Shown here: positions 23,687-25,960 of the stretch, piece after piece
Layout: the number at the start of each line of letters is the position of its first letter
How positions within the stretch are numbered: the first letter of the stretch is position 1
From: a virus
Strand: one strand, 5' to 3'
DNA length: 25,960 nucleotides
UHGV virus genome: UHGV-0396296
The notes under the pieces: model-generated
Told to the model about the DNA's origin: nothing
What the model saw: only the letters and a program-made list of their open reading frames with translations
Databases searched by the model: none
Translations under genes and position numbers: made by a program

Positions 23687-24040
23687 CTATCCTTTCTTTA
23701 TTGCCTTGAGCAGGTCCTGATAATAGATGAACGCCTGAGTGTCCACGTTCTTCTTTAGGTAATACTGTCCCGGGACAAATCCTCCGTTTCTCGTACGGTG
23801 TCCGTATTCAACATGGGCAGCATAGTCAGCTATGTAGCCCATTTCATCACCAGTAACTCCAGAAGACTTCCTCAGCTCTCCTGAATCCACCGGCGTGCCC
23901 CCATTTCTGGCCGCATTCAGCATCTGCGTTACGTTTTTCTTCACAACAACTTCAAAACGGATATTATTTATTCGCTGAAGCTCCTTCTCCAGCTTTGCTA
24001 TATCCGCTTTGTTCAGTTCTATGCTTACTACACCGGACAT
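23687..24040 (-). CDS. HK97 gp10-family tail-attachment protein
   Basis: 117 aa. GTPVDSGELRKSSGV...YAAHVEYGH matches recalled gp10-family signatures. Confidence 0.6.
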   Translation of the reverse strand: MSGVVSIELNKADIAKLEKELQRINNIRFEVVVKKNVTQMLNAARNGGTPVDSGELRKSSGVTGDEMGYIADYAAHVEYGHRTRNGGFVPGQYYLKKNVDTQAFIYYQDLLKAIKKG

Positions 24041-24043
24041 CGC

Positions 24044-24355
24044 TTACTCCTTATACACTTCAACCTGTATTACTGTATATCTCGGCGTCAGGTCTATCTC
24101 CTGCGTTATCCGCTGCCTATGACCTGATATGACCGCATGGGTGCAGTCCGGGAAGCTGGCAAAAGGTATCGGAATGGCAAACCGCTGTTCGTTTTTCGTA
24201 ACGTCTCGCCCTTCCAATGCTACCTGCTCATCCGTCCAGGGCGTGAATCTTGCGTAAGTGTCCTTTACGGTCTGCCATTCGCCGCCCACCATGTTGCCAA
24301 GTGCATCTTCTGTCTGTCCAGTTAAGACTTGCAGCTGGCAAGGTTTCCACATCAT
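24044..24355 (-). CDS. Head-tail adaptor / head closure protein
   Basis: 103 aa. Position and size. Confidence 0.5.
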   Translation of the reverse strand: MMWKPCQLQVLTGQTEDALGNMVGGEWQTVKDTYARFTPWTDEQVALEGRDVTKNEQRFAIPIPFASFPDCTHAVISGHRQRITQEIDLTPRYTVIQVEVYKE

Positions 24356-24684
24356 ATGAATGTCACCACCTTGTTAGTGTTTCCAGATTCAGCCTGTGTT
24401 GCCTTCCAGTCACTTATTTCGTCGGCATATTCGGCCAATATATCATCTACAAACGATGTTGATATATTGGCAACTCCTTCAGACGATATCCCCTCGTAGT
24501 ATATGCGACGTATCATCTTCACCGTCGCATCAACGCAAACCGACCCGAAGAGAGGCGGGAGTTCTTCGGCTCCCAGCCTCAAACAGAGCCGGTCGGAGAT
24601 TGTTGAAAGATATTCGAGCAATTCACAGTCAGAAAGCTCCGTATTCGGGAGCCTTGTCTTTAGTCTCACAAGAAGCTCCTTCAT
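24352..24684 (-). CDS. Head-tail connector (gp6-like)
   Basis: 110 aa. First gene after the capsid gene. Confidence 0.5.
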   Translation of the reverse strand: MKELLVRLKTRLPNTELSDCELLEYLSTISDRLCLRLGAEELPPLFGSVCVDATVKMIRRIYYEGISSEGVANISTSFVDDILAEYADEISDWKATQAESGNTNKVVTFI

Positions 24685-24697
24685 GTATGAGCCTCCT

Positions 24698-25867
24698 TTA
24701 CTGGCCGTCGTTGACTACTACAGCCGCAGAGCCAGAGCCTACAGCCTTAAACCACTGGTCGGCCTCGACTACCGTGATATACTGTCCTGCCGTGGCTTCA
24801 ATGTCAGCGCTCTGTGTGAATACCGACCAATTTCTCACGTTTTCGCCATATTCAACAGGTATCGCCGCCGCTCCAAGCTTATACTTCAGCACATTGCCCG
24901 CAGTTCCAACTGTGCCGGAAAGCGTCGCCTTTGTAGTGCCCTCAACAGAGCCTTCTGCCGGTGTTACCGTTATAGTCTTCAGTTCCGGAGCGTCCGTAAT
25001 GGTGATTACCGCTACCGCGTTCAGATATTCCGCGAATATCGTCAGACCCATAATTGCGTAGGACTCGGACTGCGCTCTCTGGTACACGCCCTCCGTATGG
25101 AATCCGATATACGGAACGTCAGGGTCAGTCGTGTATGCCAGTCCTGCCTGTGCAAATCCGGAATCGGCAGGATCAACGTAGTAAACATTGAGATTGTTTA
25201 CCGGCGTTGCAATCACTCTGCCCTGTGGAACCTCGGAGGAGAAGAAGAGAATGTCCGCTCCGAGGAAGTCCTCCACGTAATCCATACCGAAAGCCGTCTG
25301 GACTGTTATCTGGGCGCCTCCAAGGTATCCATATACATCGAGCGTATTTGCAAATACCGCGACCCCTATGGCTCTTCTGTGCATCTTCTTAAATGCGTCC
25401 TTGACTCTGCCTATTGCCATCGCTATTGCCATCTGGAAAGTAGCCTCTTCCGATGTAAGCTGTCCCGTCAGCAGGAAATTATAAAACTGCGCCAGTACAT
25501 CGTCCTGAAGCTGTACCTTAAATTCTTCGTCAGTCATTCCGACCGCCGTTTCAAGTCCGTACTTTTCGATAGCTTCGATAGTTACAGCCTTTCTGTACTT
25601 CAAAAGTTCGATAGGCTGAAAATCTACAGGCTCAACCTCAAACTGCGAAAGCGGAATCAGATCGCCTTCTGCCACCGAGCCGCTCTGAAGTTCGCCCGTT
25701 GCTCGCTTTGCTGTCAGCATAGTACCGTTTGCTTTCCTTATCGGTCTGGATATGCCCATAACCTCGGTCAGAGCTGTTATTTCCCTGCCGAAAGATGTTA
25801 CAAAATCAACCTCTCTCGGGTTGATGCTAAACTGCTGTGTAGTTATAGTGTTTGGAATTGCTGCCAT
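24698..25867 (-). CDS. Major capsid protein with C-terminal Ig-like domain
   Basis: 389-aa ORF, AGGAGG RBS 9 nt upstream, placed before the connector genes. C-terminal TITVTPAEGSVEGTTKATLSG is Ig-like. Confidence 0.65.
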   Translation of the reverse strand: MAAIPNTITTQQFSINPREVDFVTSFGREITALTEVMGISRPIRKANGTMLTAKRATGELQSGSVAEGDLIPLSQFEVEPVDFQPIELLKYRKAVTIEAIEKYGLETAVGMTDEEFKVQLQDDVLAQFYNFLLTGQLTSEEATFQMAIAMAIGRVKDAFKKMHRRAIGVAVFANTLDVYGYLGGAQITVQTAFGMDYVEDFLGADILFFSSEVPQGRVIATPVNNLNVYYVDPADSGFAQAGLAYTTDPDVPYIGFHTEGVYQRAQSESYAIMGLTIFAEYLNAVAVITITDAPELKTITVTPAEGSVEGTTKATLSGTVGTAGNVLKYKLGAAAIPVEYGENVRNWSVFTQSADIEATAGQYITVVEADQWFKAVGSGSAAVVVNDGQ

Positions 25868-25960
25868 TTAAAATTTACCTCCTTGCAAACAATTCAGGGT
25901 GTTCCGCCATTAGCTTCTGGCGTTCACTCCTGTCTTTTACTGCTAAAATCTGCTCTTTCG

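Overview
The window appears to hold most of a temperate siphovirus-like phage genome from a Gram-positive (Firmicutes-type) host, in un-integrated gene order. Reading left to right: an early/replication operon on the minus strand (1-5615: partial repeat protein, Hjc-like resolvase, G39P-like loader, replisome organiser with internal iterons, HNH homing endonuclease, Rad52-like protein, small regulators, Xis-like HTH); a reverse-oriented Zn-ribbon/DUF4145 gene (5684-6346); a Cro/CI-type switch (6618-7266) with an ImmA-like protein; a plus-strand cargo block of Ltp and Abi_2 genes followed by a tyrosine integrase (7783-10877); a candidate attP with a tRNA-3'-end-like core (10877-11100); a small regulatory module with three consensus promoters (11190-12162); then the lysis cassette and tail, tape-measure, connector and capsid genes on the minus strand (12196-25867). 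No rRNA, full tRNA or CRISPR array was seen. The most interesting candidates for undescribed biology are the stand-alone DUF4145 gene, the Ltp/Abi_2 block with a terminator-like leader, and the attP-proximal HTH plus small acidic protein module. All family assignments are from motif recognition by eye and recollection, with no database search run.
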